Below, in pieces: positions 26,681 through 36,590 of a DNA stretch of 64,000 nt. The notes below the pieces were generated by a model, which was not told where the DNA came from, searched no databases, and saw only the letters and a list, made by a program, of their open reading frames with translations. The stretch covers positions 137,334 to 201,333 of the forward strand of contig CAZATU010000002.1 of assembly GCA_964488165.1 (NCBI GenBank), read 5' to 3'. The number at the start of each line of letters is the position of its first letter. Position 1 is the stretch's first letter. The position numbers and the translations under genes were made by a program. Origin of the DNA: an uncultured Candidatus Peribacteria bacterium. GTDB lineage: Bacteria; Patescibacteriota; Gracilibacteria; Peribacterales; Peribacteraceae.

Positions 26681-26692
26681 CCCTCCTTCATC

Positions 26693-27139
26693 ATGGCGTA
26701 CCGCATCCGCCCGCTTCCTCTGCGTTCCCCAATATTTTGGCAATGGGCGGTGGTGGCGATGCTTGCTGGCCTGCTGCTCATCGGCTGGGAGAGCGGCTTC
26801 TTCGCAGCGTGGATTTGGTCTCCGCCGCGCCCGCCCGTCGGGAAGGGTGAGATTGCGTTCTCCATGGTGCTGGTGGCGCTCCTAGGCGTCGTTGCCGGGT
26901 TGATCGGCGCGCGGCTGCGTGAAGGCAGTTGCCCTCGGGGCGTCCGCCGTGCCGCCGGTGTTGCGAGCGCGCTCGGCGCGCTGTCGTTGCTGTGCCCCGT
27001 GTGCCTCGCCTTGCCGCTGTCGCTGTTCGGCGGAGCCGTGACGCTGGCACTGCTCAGCCCCTTCGCCCCGCTCTTCCAGCTGCTCGCAATTCTAGTGCTG
27101 CTGTGGACGGCGTTGCTGCTGCTGCATGAGCAGCGGTAA
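26693..27139 (+). CDS. four-helix membrane protein with intramembrane CPVC motif
   Basis: Hydrophobic helices; GSCPRG and LSLLCPVCLALPLSLFG. Confidence 0.55.
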   Translation: MAYRIRPLPLRSPIFWQWAVVAMLAGLLLIGWESGFFAAWIWSPPRPPVGKGEIAFSMVLVALLGVVAGLIGARLREGSCPRGVRRAAGVASALGALSLLCPVCLALPLSLFGGAVTLALLSPFAPLFQLLAILVLLWTALLLLHEQR

Positions 27140-27890
27140 CACGCCAGCGGCGCGAGATCGCCTGCGCAGCCTCGACATCCTCCGTTCGACGGCGTTGCTA
27201 TCGATGACGGTATTCCACCTGTGCTACGACCTCGACGCGTACTACGGCATGCGCGTGATGGCGTATCTTGGCGCCTTCGCTGACATCTGGGCACGGTCGA
27301 CGGCATGCGTCTTTCTCGTGCTCTGCGGCATCGGCCTGGCACTCTCGCGGGAACGCGCGTTGCTGCGGGGGGAAGAGCGTAACGCATGGATGGCGCGCAT
27401 AGTTCGCCGCGGAATGGGCGTGCTCTGCTGCGGGTGCGCCATCAGCCTTGTCACGTTCCTGATCGACGCATCGACCTACGTGCGCTTCGGCATTCTGCAC
27501 TGCATCGGCTGTGGCCTCATCGTGCTGGCACCCCTTGCCGCGCGTCCGCGCAGAGCGGCATGGGCCGCAGTGGCCGCGACGGGCGCGTGGCTGGCGCTAC
27601 GTGGTACAACGGCGTCGACGCCGCTCCTGCTGCCGCTGGGCATCACGCCGCCGGGCTTTGTGAGCGTCGACTATTTCCCGCTCCTGCCCTGGGCGATCGT
27701 GCTGCTGCTGGGCATCGCCGCGATGCGCCCTTGCCGCGAGGCCACACGGTGGCTCGATGCGCACGTCTTCCCCCCGACGAGGGCCGTCGACTGGGCCGCG
27801 CTCCCGGGGCGCTGGTCGCTCGTTATCTACCTGGTTCATCAGCCGATCCTGCTCGCCGTGCTCACGCTACTGCTTGGCCTTCCGCGCTGA
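27126..27890 (+). CDS. DUF1624-type membrane acyltransferase-like protein
   Basis: RLRSLDILRSTALLSMTVFH... and a C-terminal LVIYLVHQP motif, typical of the heparan-alpha-glucosaminide N-acetyltransferase-like family. Confidence 0.65.
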   Translation: MSSGNTPAARDRLRSLDILRSTALLSMTVFHLCYDLDAYYGMRVMAYLGAFADIWARSTACVFLVLCGIGLALSRERALLRGEERNAWMARIVRRGMGVLCCGCAISLVTFLIDASTYVRFGILHCIGCGLIVLAPLAARPRRAAWAAVAATGAWLALRGTTASTPLLLPLGITPPGFVSVDYFPLLPWAIVLLLGIAAMRPCREATRWLDAHVFPPTRAVDWAALPGRWSLVIYLVHQPILLAVLTLLLGLPR

Positions 27891-28865
27891 CACGCCGGGC
27901 AGGTCGCAGATCACCGTCGGCGGAGCGACGGCATGCTCGGGTATTGCACCTGCCTGCCACTGCCCTATCGACGCAAAGCAGTCATCGAACATGTTCTTCA
28001 TACTCTCCTCGGCGTAGAACGCGATATGCGGCGTGGCGACGACATTGGGATGCGCAATAAGCGCGCGGCTCTCTTCGAAGACCTGCTCATGTTCCAGGAC
28101 GTCCAGCAGTGCATACCGCACGGCCCCCGTCTGGAGCGCCTGCAGGAGCGCGCCGGAATCGATCAAATCGCCGCGGGCGGTATTGACGATGATGACCCCA
28201 TGCTTGGCCTTCGCGAGCGAAGACGCGTTGAGCATGTGGCGCGTTTCGGGCGTGGCGGGAGCGTGCAGCGTGATGATGTCGCTCTGCTCCAGCAATGCCG
28301 GCAGCTCCACATACCGTACGCCGTACGCCTCTTCGAGCTCGACGGTGCGGCACTTGTCGACGGCAAGGATATGCATGCCGAAGCCATGGGCGATGCGCGC
28401 GACGGCGCGGCCAATCCTCCCCGTTCCGACAATGCCGAGTGTTTTTCCTTGGAGCGTGATGCCTCGCAGGCCGTGATAATCGAATTCCCCGCGCTGCACT
28501 TTGGCGCCGCCCTCGGGGATATGGCGCAAACGGCTGAGCAGGAGCGCAAAGACGTGCTCGGCGATCACATGGGAACCGTAATCCGGCACGTTGCATACCG
28601 TGATGCCGCGCTCGCGACACGCAGCAAGATCGATATGGTTCCACCCTACCGAGCGCGTGCACACGAGGCGCAGATCCGGCAGCCGTTGCAGCACCTCGCG
28701 GGTGAACTGTGTGGCAATGAAACACGAGACGACGCGCGCACCCGAGCAGGCCTCCACCAACGCATCTCCAGAGAGCGCGCCCAGATGCACGTCGGCATCG
28801 GGAAAACGCTCAACCACCCTGGAGCGATCTTCGGCATCGACTTCAAGAAAAACAATGGCAGCCAT
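27867..28865 (-). CDS. D-isomer-specific 2-hydroxyacid dehydrogenase
   Basis: LGIVGTGRIGRAVARIAHGFGM NAD-binding fold; catalytic R..E..H pattern (NTARGDLID, ATPHIAFY). Confidence 0.85.
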   Translation of the reverse strand: MAAIVFLEVDAEDRSRVVERFPDADVHLGALSGDALVEACSGARVVSCFIATQFTREVLQRLPDLRLVCTRSVGWNHIDLAACRERGITVCNVPDYGSHVIAEHVFALLLSRLRHIPEGGAKVQRGEFDYHGLRGITLQGKTLGIVGTGRIGRAVARIAHGFGMHILAVDKCRTVELEEAYGVRYVELPALLEQSDIITLHAPATPETRHMLNASSLAKAKHGVIIVNTARGDLIDSGALLQALQTGAVRYALLDVLEHEQVFEESRALIAHPNVVATPHIAFYAEESMKNMFDDCFASIGQWQAGAIPEHAVAPPTVICDLPGVSARKAKQ

Positions 28866-28939
28866 AGCGTGATTCTACCCCCGATACCGTGGCAAATCGA
28901 GGCTATGGAAACACCGCCCCTCTGCTACACTGTGCGCGC

Positions 28940-30466
28940 ATGTCTTTCCGCGTGCGTCGACTCTCCGACGACTCCCCGCGCCGACGCATTCCCTGGGGTT
29001 CACTTCTCCGAGGTGTACTCCTGGTCGCGCGGCCGCTGGCACTCCTCTATGGCGACTGGAAACACCGCCACGAAGAGGAGGAGCGCGCCGAGCGCAAACG
29101 GTTCTGGCTAACGACCGGGGCGACCGTCGTCGTCGCTGCGCTACTCGCATCGTTGCTCTGGATCGGCGTCAGCCGGGCGTGGACGTTGCTGCGCGGCGTA
29201 AGCCTCGGCGCGGCCTTTTCCGTTGCCAGCGCCGACATCCCGCAGGACGCCCACGGCCACACCAATCTCCTCCTCCTCGGCCAGGGCGACGAAGCCGGCG
29301 AGAACCTCACCGATACGCTGATGATCGCCAGCATCGACCCCGCGTCCCACAGCATGGTGCTGCTTTCGCTGCCGCGCGACCTGTACCTGCTCAAGCGCGA
29401 GGGCCTGCGCCCCGGCAAGATCAACAGCACCTACCGCGATTTCCTCGCGCACTTCAAGCGCGAAGGGAAGGAGGGGTCGGAAGCCTCCATGGCGGCGCTC
29501 GACGCACTCAAGAATGAGCTCGGCGAAGCTCTCGCGATGGATCTGCACGGCGTAGTGAAAGTCGGCTTCGACGGCTTCATTGCCGCGGTCGACGCGCTCG
29601 GGGGCGTGGATGTGGTAGTACCCAAGGACATCGTGGATACCGAGTACCCGACGGACAATTACGGATACCAAACATTCTCCATCAGCGCGGGCCCCCAGCA
29701 CCTCGACGGAGCGACCGCCCTCAAGTACGCCCGCAGCCGCCACACCACGAGCGATTTCGACCGCGCTGGCCGCCAGCAGCAACTCCTCGCCGCGATGGCC
29801 GCCGCCGTCCGCGAGCAAGGCATGCTCGGCAAAGCGCAGATGATCGTGGCGATCCAGGACATCCTCCGGCAGCACGTCGAAATGACGCTCTCGCTGCCCC
29901 AGCTCATGAGCCTGGCCAAGCTCGGCGTGCAGATCAACCGCGAACACATCCTCACCATGCAGCTCTCTGACCGCAACGGGCTCTACGGCGACATCGTACT
30001 GCCCGGCGGCTTCCTTTACACGCCGCCCCGCGACCAATTCGACGGGCAATCGGTCTTACTGCCCGTCTCCTTCCCCGAGTTCCCAGTGACCTGGAAGCAG
30101 CTCCAGGCCCTGAAAAACCTTCTGCTCGACACGCGCGAACCGTACCTCTCCCCCGCCACCGTCGCCGTGCTCAACGCGGGCTCCGTCAGCGGCTCGGCCC
30201 GGAAGCTGGCGAATGAAATCATCCGCTACGGCCTGCGCGACGTGGACTTCGTCGCCAATGCCACCATCGACGACCGGGCTGCCTCGGTCATTGCCGCCGA
30301 CGAGGCGGGCAAGCCGCTTGCGACCTTCCTCAGCACGCTCCTGGGCATCCCTCTCGGCGAACTGCCCCCCGAGCTGACGGCAGACGAGCGGCGTTCCATC
30401 ACGATTCTCCTCGGCGAAGACTACCGCTTCGCGCCGTTCCAGGCCGCCCTCACCGCCGCCCCATGA
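28940..30466 (+). CDS. LytR-CpsA-Psr (LCP) family protein with LytR_C domain
   Basis: TNLLLLGQGDEAGENLTDTLMIASIDP...LLSLPRDLYL, ALKYARSRHTTSDFDRAGRQQQ. Start set at the internal ATG 28940. Confidence 0.85.
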   Translation: MSFRVRRLSDDSPRRRIPWGSLLRGVLLVARPLALLYGDWKHRHEEEERAERKRFWLTTGATVVVAALLASLLWIGVSRAWTLLRGVSLGAAFSVASADIPQDAHGHTNLLLLGQGDEAGENLTDTLMIASIDPASHSMVLLSLPRDLYLLKREGLRPGKINSTYRDFLAHFKREGKEGSEASMAALDALKNELGEALAMDLHGVVKVGFDGFIAAVDALGGVDVVVPKDIVDTEYPTDNYGYQTFSISAGPQHLDGATALKYARSRHTTSDFDRAGRQQQLLAAMAAAVREQGMLGKAQMIVAIQDILRQHVEMTLSLPQLMSLAKLGVQINREHILTMQLSDRNGLYGDIVLPGGFLYTPPRDQFDGQSVLLPVSFPEFPVTWKQLQALKNLLLDTREPYLSPATVAVLNAGSVSGSARKLANEIIRYGLRDVDFVANATIDDRAASVIAADEAGKPLATFLSTLLGIPLGELPPELTADERRSITILLGEDYRFAPFQAALTAAP

Positions 30467-31398
30467 CGCCGCGAGAGATCATCGCCGCCGCATGGGCCAT
30501 CACCGGGCGCGAGAAATCGCTGCGCCGCTGGGGTTTCACGTCCTCGCTCTTCGAGACGCTGCTCAACGTCAAACTCGTCGTCTATCAGATTTACTTCTTC
30601 TACGAGCTCGCTTTCCTCGGCAACACCCCGGGGTTCTTCGACGTGGAAATCGCCATGTACCACGCGCTGCCCTTCGCCGTGTTCGCCACCATCGTCATCT
30701 CGTTCTTGCTGCTCGTGGTGATTGAATTCTTCATGCCGCATATCTGCATCGGCGCCATCATCGGGCTTGCCGCAAAGTCGTTCCGGGGCGAGGAAGTCAA
30801 AGGCGGCCTGGTGCTCGGCCTCTACAACTTCTTCCCGATGTTCGCCGTCCGCGAGCTCTTCTTCTTGGCGCGCACCACGACGGTGATTACGGCCATTTCG
30901 CTCATCATCCGCTACATCGACCACCCGCTCAAAATCCCCAGCATCATCACGCTCGTCATCCTCTGGATCTTCTCCAACATCCTGAAATTCTTCTCCAATT
31001 TCGCCGAGGAAGCCATCGTCATCCGCAAGTCGCACGTCTTCACCGGCATCGCCCGCAGCTTCAAATTGCTCATCAGCAACATGAGCCACATCATGTTCCT
31101 GGTGCTGCTGCTCCTGGTGATCTCGGTGCGAGTGCTCATCAATGCGGTCATGGTGCTCCTGATCCCCGCGGCGGCGATCGGCCTCGGCGTGCTCCTTGCG
31201 AACTTCTTCTCCCACGCACTCAGCTACTCCATCGCGGCGTTCGTCGGCCTGGGGCTGGTGGTGGGCGCGAGCTACTTCTTCGCCTACCTGCACGTCTTCA
31301 AGCAGACCGTGTGGACCATCACCTATCTCCAGCTCTCCGAGCAGAAGGACCTGGACCTGATCGTTGCCGACGAAGGCGGCGGCGGGGCCCAGCATTGA
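30463..31398 (+). CDS. polytopic membrane protein, unknown function
   Basis: ATGA-type overlap with the LCP gene; 6 or more hydrophobic helices. Confidence 0.6.
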   Translation: MTPREIIAAAWAITGREKSLRRWGFTSSLFETLLNVKLVVYQIYFFYELAFLGNTPGFFDVEIAMYHALPFAVFATIVISFLLLVVIEFFMPHICIGAIIGLAAKSFRGEEVKGGLVLGLYNFFPMFAVRELFFLARTTTVITAISLIIRYIDHPLKIPSIITLVILWIFSNILKFFSNFAEEAIVIRKSHVFTGIARSFKLLISNMSHIMFLVLLLLVISVRVLINAVMVLLIPAAAIGLGVLLANFFSHALSYSIAAFVGLGLVVGASYFFAYLHVFKQTVWTITYLQLSEQKDLDLIVADEGGGGAQH

Positions 31399-31461
31399 GG
31401 GCGAAGGGATGAGCAGACGAGAGGTCACGCCGGCTGTCGAATGCTTTCGCAGCGAGCCCTG

Positions 31462-31490
31462 TTGACAGTGGACACTCGTCCACCTATCGT
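31462..31490 (+). promoter_or_regulatory. lexA promoter with embedded palindromic operator (candidate SOS box)
   Basis: TTGACA(31462-67)-17 nt-TATCGT(31485-90). The spacer is filled by the perfect palindrome GTGGAC-ACTC-GTCCAC (31468-31483). Confidence 0.6.
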
Positions 31491-31516
31491 GGTGCACGAT
31501 CGTTCCCACCCGCTCC

Positions 31517-32131
31517 ATGCCGCTCACCCCTCACCAGCGCACCGTGCTCAACTACATCGGCGAGTTCCAGCGCAAGCGCGGGTATTCCCCGTCGCTCTCC
31601 GACCTTGCATTGGCTTTCGGCGTGCGTAGCAAGAACGCCATCGCCAAAGTGGTCAATGTCCTCGTGCGCGAGCGCTATTTGGAAAAAGACCCCAAGGGAA
31701 GGATCAAGATCCTCCACCGCGAAGAAGCCGTGGCGGAAGCCGCATTACCCATCGCGCTCACCCTCCCGCTCTTCGGACCGATTGCCGCAGGCTTCGCAGC
31801 GCCGGTGGAAGAACAGGCCGAGGAAATGGTGACGCTGGAGTCGTATCTGGTGAACGACCGTTCCACGACCTTCCTGCTACGGGTCAAAGGCGACAGCATG
31901 CTCAACGCCGGCATCCACGAGGGCGACCTGGTGATCGTGGAACGCAGCCGCCAGCCCAAAGTGGGCGACATCGTCGTCGGCGTGCTCGATAGCGAGTTCA
32001 CCTTGAAGCGCCTCAAGAAAGACAAAGGCAAGTATTACCTGCAAGCGGAAAACCCCGAGTATCCCGACCTCTACGCCCTCGAAGAGCTGCAGGTAGCGGG
32101 CGTCGTGCGAGGCGTCATCCGCAGGTACTGA
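31517..32131 (+). CDS. lexA: LexA repressor
   Basis: wHTH N-terminus (SLSDLALAFGVRSKNAIAKVV), AG cleavage site (IAAGF), S24 peptidase GDSM...KRL. Confidence 0.9.
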   Translation: MPLTPHQRTVLNYIGEFQRKRGYSPSLSDLALAFGVRSKNAIAKVVNVLVRERYLEKDPKGRIKILHREEAVAEAALPIALTLPLFGPIAAGFAAPVEEQAEEMVTLESYLVNDRSTTFLLRVKGDSMLNAGIHEGDLVIVERSRQPKVGDIVVGVLDSEFTLKRLKKDKGKYYLQAENPEYPDLYALEELQVAGVVRGVIRRY

Positions 32132-32168
32132 GGCCGCTCATCATCGCGTTCTTCTCTCTCCCTTCACC

Positions 32169-33446
32169 ATGTTTGCGCATGTCGACGCCGACGCGTTCTT
32201 CGCGTCTGTTCTTCAACGGCAGCACCCGCGGCTTCGCGGCAAGCCCGTGCTCGCGCTGGGCATGGGTGGTGGCTGTGTGATCGCCGCGTCGTACGAAGCC
32301 AAGGCGCACGGCGTGAAGACCGGCATGCGCCTCGGTGAGGCGCTGCGCCTGTGCCCCAGCGCGCTGCGCATGCCATCCGATTTCCGCGAAACGGGCATCG
32401 CCTCCACGCAGATCGAAGAGGTGCTCCAAGGCTTCTCCCCTCGCCTGGAACAAACCTCGGTGGACGAATGGTTTATGGACGTCGCCGCCGTCGTGGGGGG
32501 CATCCCCAGCCACCTCGACGCATGGGCGCAGAGCGTCCGCGTGGCAGTGCTCAAGAGCACGAGCTTGTCGGTATCGGTGGGCGTCGGCCCGAGTAAAACG
32601 CTTGCGAAAATGGCGAGTGAATTTCGCAAGCCCGGCGGCGTCACCGTGGTGCGCTGCCGCCCTTCCCCCCAGCAACACACACCTCCCCGGCGGGGCGGCG
32701 TTCCGGCCGCCCCGCCACTCGGCTCTTCTCCGGAGATACTGGATATCGCAGCATTCCTGCAGCAGCGCCCCGCCGCCGCCATCCCCGGCATCGGCCCGCG
32801 CCGGCAGAAAGCGGCGCTGGAACACGGGTGGACGACCGCCTGGGATATCGCCGCCGCCGACGCCGCGACGATTGTGCGTGTCCTCGGCAAGCCCGGCGAC
32901 GAACTCCGGCGAGAGCTCCTCGGCGCCTGCGTCTACCCTCTAGATACAAGCGACGCTCCGCCTCAATCGGTCTCGCGGGCGCGCAGCTTCCGCGCATCGA
33001 GCGATGAACGAATGCTCTGGGCCCACACCCTGCAACACCTGCAATACCTGGTGCTCAAAATGCGCCGGCACGCGCTGCGTTGCAGGGGGATTTCCTTCTG
33101 GCTGCGCGACAGCACGTACGTCCACCATGGCACCCACGCGAGCATGCAGCAGCCCGCCGATACGGAAGCGGAGCTCACGCCCGTGGTCCGCGCATGTTTC
33201 GATCGGCTCTGGCATCGCGATCGACCGTCCACCCAAGTGGGTTTGGCGCTGTGGGGGCTGCAAGAAGCGAGGGCGCGACAAGCATCGCTGTTCGATGATC
33301 CGCAGGAAACGCGCGCGGAAGAAGAGCTGCAAACGACGCTCGACGCCATCCGCACGCGTTTCGGCCGCGGCGCGATCCATCGTGGAGCGGCGCTCTCCGT
33401 AGGGACGGGCACGAGGAAAGACCTGGGCTTCTCGGTGTACGAATGA
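32169..33446 (+). CDS. dinB: Y-family DNA polymerase IV
   Basis: MFAHVDADAFFASV..., SVDEWFMDV, GVGPSKTLAKMASEFRKPGG. Confidence 0.9.
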   Translation: MFAHVDADAFFASVLQRQHPRLRGKPVLALGMGGGCVIAASYEAKAHGVKTGMRLGEALRLCPSALRMPSDFRETGIASTQIEEVLQGFSPRLEQTSVDEWFMDVAAVVGGIPSHLDAWAQSVRVAVLKSTSLSVSVGVGPSKTLAKMASEFRKPGGVTVVRCRPSPQQHTPPRRGGVPAAPPLGSSPEILDIAAFLQQRPAAAIPGIGPRRQKAALEHGWTTAWDIAAADAATIVRVLGKPGDELRRELLGACVYPLDTSDAPPQSVSRARSFRASSDERMLWAHTLQHLQYLVLKMRRHALRCRGISFWLRDSTYVHHGTHASMQQPADTEAELTPVVRACFDRLWHRDRPSTQVGLALWGLQEARARQASLFDDPQETRAEEELQTTLDAIRTRFGRGAIHRGAALSVGTGTRKDLGFSVYE

Positions 33447-33455
33447 GCGGGCCCG

Positions 33456-36155
33456 TTAGGCGCCGAGCGTCTTGATGCGCTCATCGAGCTTCGCCAGCTT
33501 CGCAGTCGCCTCATCGCGCTTGTCTTCTTCCGCTGAGATCACATGCGCGGGTGCGCGGCCGACAAAGCCCCGATCGGAGAGCTTCCTCTCAATGGACGCG
33601 AGGTACGAGAAGAGCTGATCTCGCTCGGCGGTAAGCTTCACGCGCTCTTTGCCGAGATCGATGATGCCCTCCAGGGGGATATGCACTTCGATGCCGCGCT
33701 CGAGGAATACGCTCACCGCGTTGGCATGCGCCTCTGGGACGGCGTTGAGCGTCCAATCGCCCACCTTGGCCATGCGCTGGATTGACGCGCGCTCCTCCTG
33801 CAGCGCTTCGAGCCAGGGGCTCGGCGCATGCAGGATCACCGGCACCTCCCTGCCCGGCTCGATGCCTGCGTCGGCGCGCAGTCTGCGCACCGCGGTGATC
33901 ACGTCGATCACGGCCTGGAACCGTGCAAACGCGTCGGTGTCCTCGCGCTCGGGCTTCACCGAGGGCGACGGCTGGAGCATGAGCAACCCCGCATCCTTCG
34001 GGCCGCAATGCGCCCACAGCTCTTCGGTGACAAACGGGCAGTAGGGATGCAGCAGCCGTAGGACGCGGCGCAAAACATGAACCAAAACGGCGGTGTTGGC
34101 GGTACCCTTGGACAGCTCCAGATACCAATCGCAGTACAGATCCCACACGAAGGCGTAGAGGCGCTCGCCCGCCTCGCTGAGGCGGTAGGCTTCGAGGGAG
34201 GCGATGACGTCGCGCGTGAGGGCCTCGGACGCATGCAGGATCGCCCGGTCGGGCAGCGACAGCTCCGCAACCGGCGGCAACGCCGTGATGGAACGGGGGT
34301 CGATCTTGGCCTCCTCGCACTTCATGAGCACGAAACGGCTGGCGTTCCAGAGCTTGTTCACAAAGTTGCGATACCCGGCGATTTTCTCCTCGTAGAGCTT
34401 GCCGTCATTGCCCGGGCTCTGGCCCACGATCATCGACAGGCGCAGCGCGTCCGCGCCGTACTTGGCGATCATGTCGAGCGGGTCGATCATCGTCTTCGGG
34501 TCGCTCTTACTCATCTTTTTGCCGTCGCGCGTGCGGATCAGCCCGTGCAGATACACCGTCTTGAACGGGAGCCGCCCCGTGGCGTAGGTGGTCATGAGGA
34601 TCATGCGCGCCACCCAGAAGAAGAGGATGTCGTACCCCGTCTCCATGACGGTCGTGGGGTGGTAGCGCTGGTAATCGGGGCTTTTCGCGAGGATCTCCTG
34701 CAGCGAGAGCGACGGATCGGCCGCGGCCTTGGGATCCACAAGCGTGCTCCAGGTCCACAGCGCGGAGGAGAACCACGTATCGAGCGTATCGGAATCCTGC
34801 TGCCAATCGCCCCCGGCGGGCGCTGCATGACCCGTCACCGTCTCCTCGCCGCGATACCACACCGGCACCCTGTGACCCCACCAGATCTGGCGGCTGATGC
34901 ACCAATCGCGCAGGTTATCGATCCAGTGGAAGTACGTCTTACCGAAGCGTTCGGGGATGATCGCGATATGCCCGTGGTGCACCACCGAATGCAGGATTTC
35001 CTTCAAGCTCATAAGCTGTGCCTGCGGCCCGTCAGCGGCTCCGGCTTGGGAATCCCATCGTACAACTTTTTTATTCACATCGATGAACCATTGCAGCTTG
35101 ATCTGCGGCTCGATAGTACCGCCGCCGCGCTGGCTCACCGCCTTGTTGTGCACGTACCCGTCGTCGACCTTCACGAGCAACCCCTTGCTCCGCAGCTTCT
35201 CTACGATGAGCGGCCGCGCCTCTTCGATCGGCATGCCCGCGAATTCCCCGGCCATCGGCAGGAGCTTGCCGTGGAAATCGATGACCTGCTCCTTCTCGAG
35301 CCCGTGACGCTCGGCGATGTCGAAGTCGATGGCCGTATGCCAGGGGGTAATCGTCATCACGCCGGTACCGAACGCCGGATCGACGGCGATATCTTTGATG
35401 ATCGTGGCACGGATGGGCCCGTTGATCCATTCCAGGTCAATCGTATCGCCGTGCTCGTACTGCGCGTAGCGCTCGTCATCGGGGTGCATCACCACGTACT
35501 TGTCGCCGAATTTCGTCTCCGGGCGCACGGTGCCGATCTGGAACGGACCGTACTGGAACGTGTAGAACGGCACGCTCTCCTCGACGTACACGAGTTCGTC
35601 GTCGCTCACGGTCGTTTGCAGTTTGGGATCCCAGTTCACGATACGGTGCCCGCGATAAATGAGCCCGTCGCGGTACATCGCGGCGAACACGTCGTTCACA
35701 CAGCGGTTCAGCGTGGGCTCAAGCGTATAGCGCTCACGCGTCCAATCGCAGGATGAACCCATTTTGCGCACTTGCCCGCGAATGGTGCCGCGGCTCTGCT
35801 CCACGAATGCGGCGATCTTGGCAATCAGCCCCTCGCGCCCCAGCTCCTTGCGGGGGTCACGCATACCCTCGGCTTTGAGCTGCTTAATCACCACGTTCTC
35901 CGTGGCAATCGCGGCATGATCGGTTCCCGGCACCCAGAGCGCATCCTTGCCCTGCATGCGGGCGAACCGCGTGAAGATATCTTCGAGGGCAAGCATCACC
36001 GCATGGCCCAAATGCAGATTCCCGGTGGCATTGGGGGGCGGCATGCTGATCGTAAACGGCTCGCCGTTGCCCGTGGGCGAAAACGCGCCCGTCTTCTCCC
36101 ACGCAGCGTAGATGCGGTCTTCGGTGGCCTGCGGGTCGTAGGCTTTTTCGAGCAT
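33456..36155 (-). CDS. valS: valine--tRNA ligase
   Basis: PPPNATGNLHLGHA (HIGH), KMSKSDPK (KMSKS), editing domain, C-terminal coiled coil. Confidence 0.97.
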   Translation of the reverse strand: MLEKAYDPQATEDRIYAAWEKTGAFSPTGNGEPFTISMPPPNATGNLHLGHAVMLALEDIFTRFARMQGKDALWVPGTDHAAIATENVVIKQLKAEGMRDPRKELGREGLIAKIAAFVEQSRGTIRGQVRKMGSSCDWTRERYTLEPTLNRCVNDVFAAMYRDGLIYRGHRIVNWDPKLQTTVSDDELVYVEESVPFYTFQYGPFQIGTVRPETKFGDKYVVMHPDDERYAQYEHGDTIDLEWINGPIRATIIKDIAVDPAFGTGVMTITPWHTAIDFDIAERHGLEKEQVIDFHGKLLPMAGEFAGMPIEEARPLIVEKLRSKGLLVKVDDGYVHNKAVSQRGGGTIEPQIKLQWFIDVNKKVVRWDSQAGAADGPQAQLMSLKEILHSVVHHGHIAIIPERFGKTYFHWIDNLRDWCISRQIWWGHRVPVWYRGEETVTGHAAPAGGDWQQDSDTLDTWFSSALWTWSTLVDPKAAADPSLSLQEILAKSPDYQRYHPTTVMETGYDILFFWVARMILMTTYATGRLPFKTVYLHGLIRTRDGKKMSKSDPKTMIDPLDMIAKYGADALRLSMIVGQSPGNDGKLYEEKIAGYRNFVNKLWNASRFVLMKCEEAKIDPRSITALPPVAELSLPDRAILHASEALTRDVIASLEAYRLSEAGERLYAFVWDLYCDWYLELSKGTANTAVLVHVLRRVLRLLHPYCPFVTEELWAHCGPKDAGLLMLQPSPSVKPEREDTDAFARFQAVIDVITAVRRLRADAGIEPGREVPVILHAPSPWLEALQEERASIQRMAKVGDWTLNAVPEAHANAVSVFLERGIEVHIPLEGIIDLGKERVKLTAERDQLFSYLASIERKLSDRGFVGRAPAHVISAEEDKRDEATAKLAKLDERIKTLGA

Positions 36156-36360
36156 GTGGCCAGGGTAGTGGAGCGCTCTCGCAAAAGGAACGGGGTTCTT
36201 GACAGCTTCGGAAAACTGGATATTCTGCGCGCGCCTCGCGAAATCATTGCCTCTGTGGCATTGATAGGTACGAGGTTACGCCTCCACTTTTTTCTTCTCC
36301 CCCACCGGAGAAAAAGAAGCGGAGGCAACTTTGGTGTGTAGCGAAAAAGCCAATAGGCAC

Positions 36361-36388
36361 AAAAAAAAGACCGCCCTTGCGGACGGCC
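36361..36388 (-). terminator. orphan intrinsic terminator in the valS upstream region
   Basis: Minus strand GGCCGUCC-GCAA-GGGCGGUC (two G-U pairs, valid only on the minus strand) followed by U8. Lies ~205 nt upstream of the valS ATG. Confidence 0.6.
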
Positions 36389-36590
36389 TTCTACAACGAA
36401 AAGAGAGAAAGAGCAGACTTCGCATCGTGTATGACGCGGAGCTGGGAAGGTATACCGCAGTGGGTGGACGCAGCGCAAGAGAGTTTTTCGTGATTTCCGA
36501 GGGAATCCCCGGAGGGAAGGCGCATGCGATGTTGCAGAATGTGTCGAGAGTACTAGACAAAATCGGGCGCAAGAGTAGGATTCCCGCGCA

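Noticed and set aside
36156-36590. T-box riboswitch upstream of valS
   Set aside because: No AGGGUGGNACCGCG-type T-box sequence or specifier-loop architecture was found on the minus strand. The only GGGTGG-like string (around 36461) is on the wrong strand.
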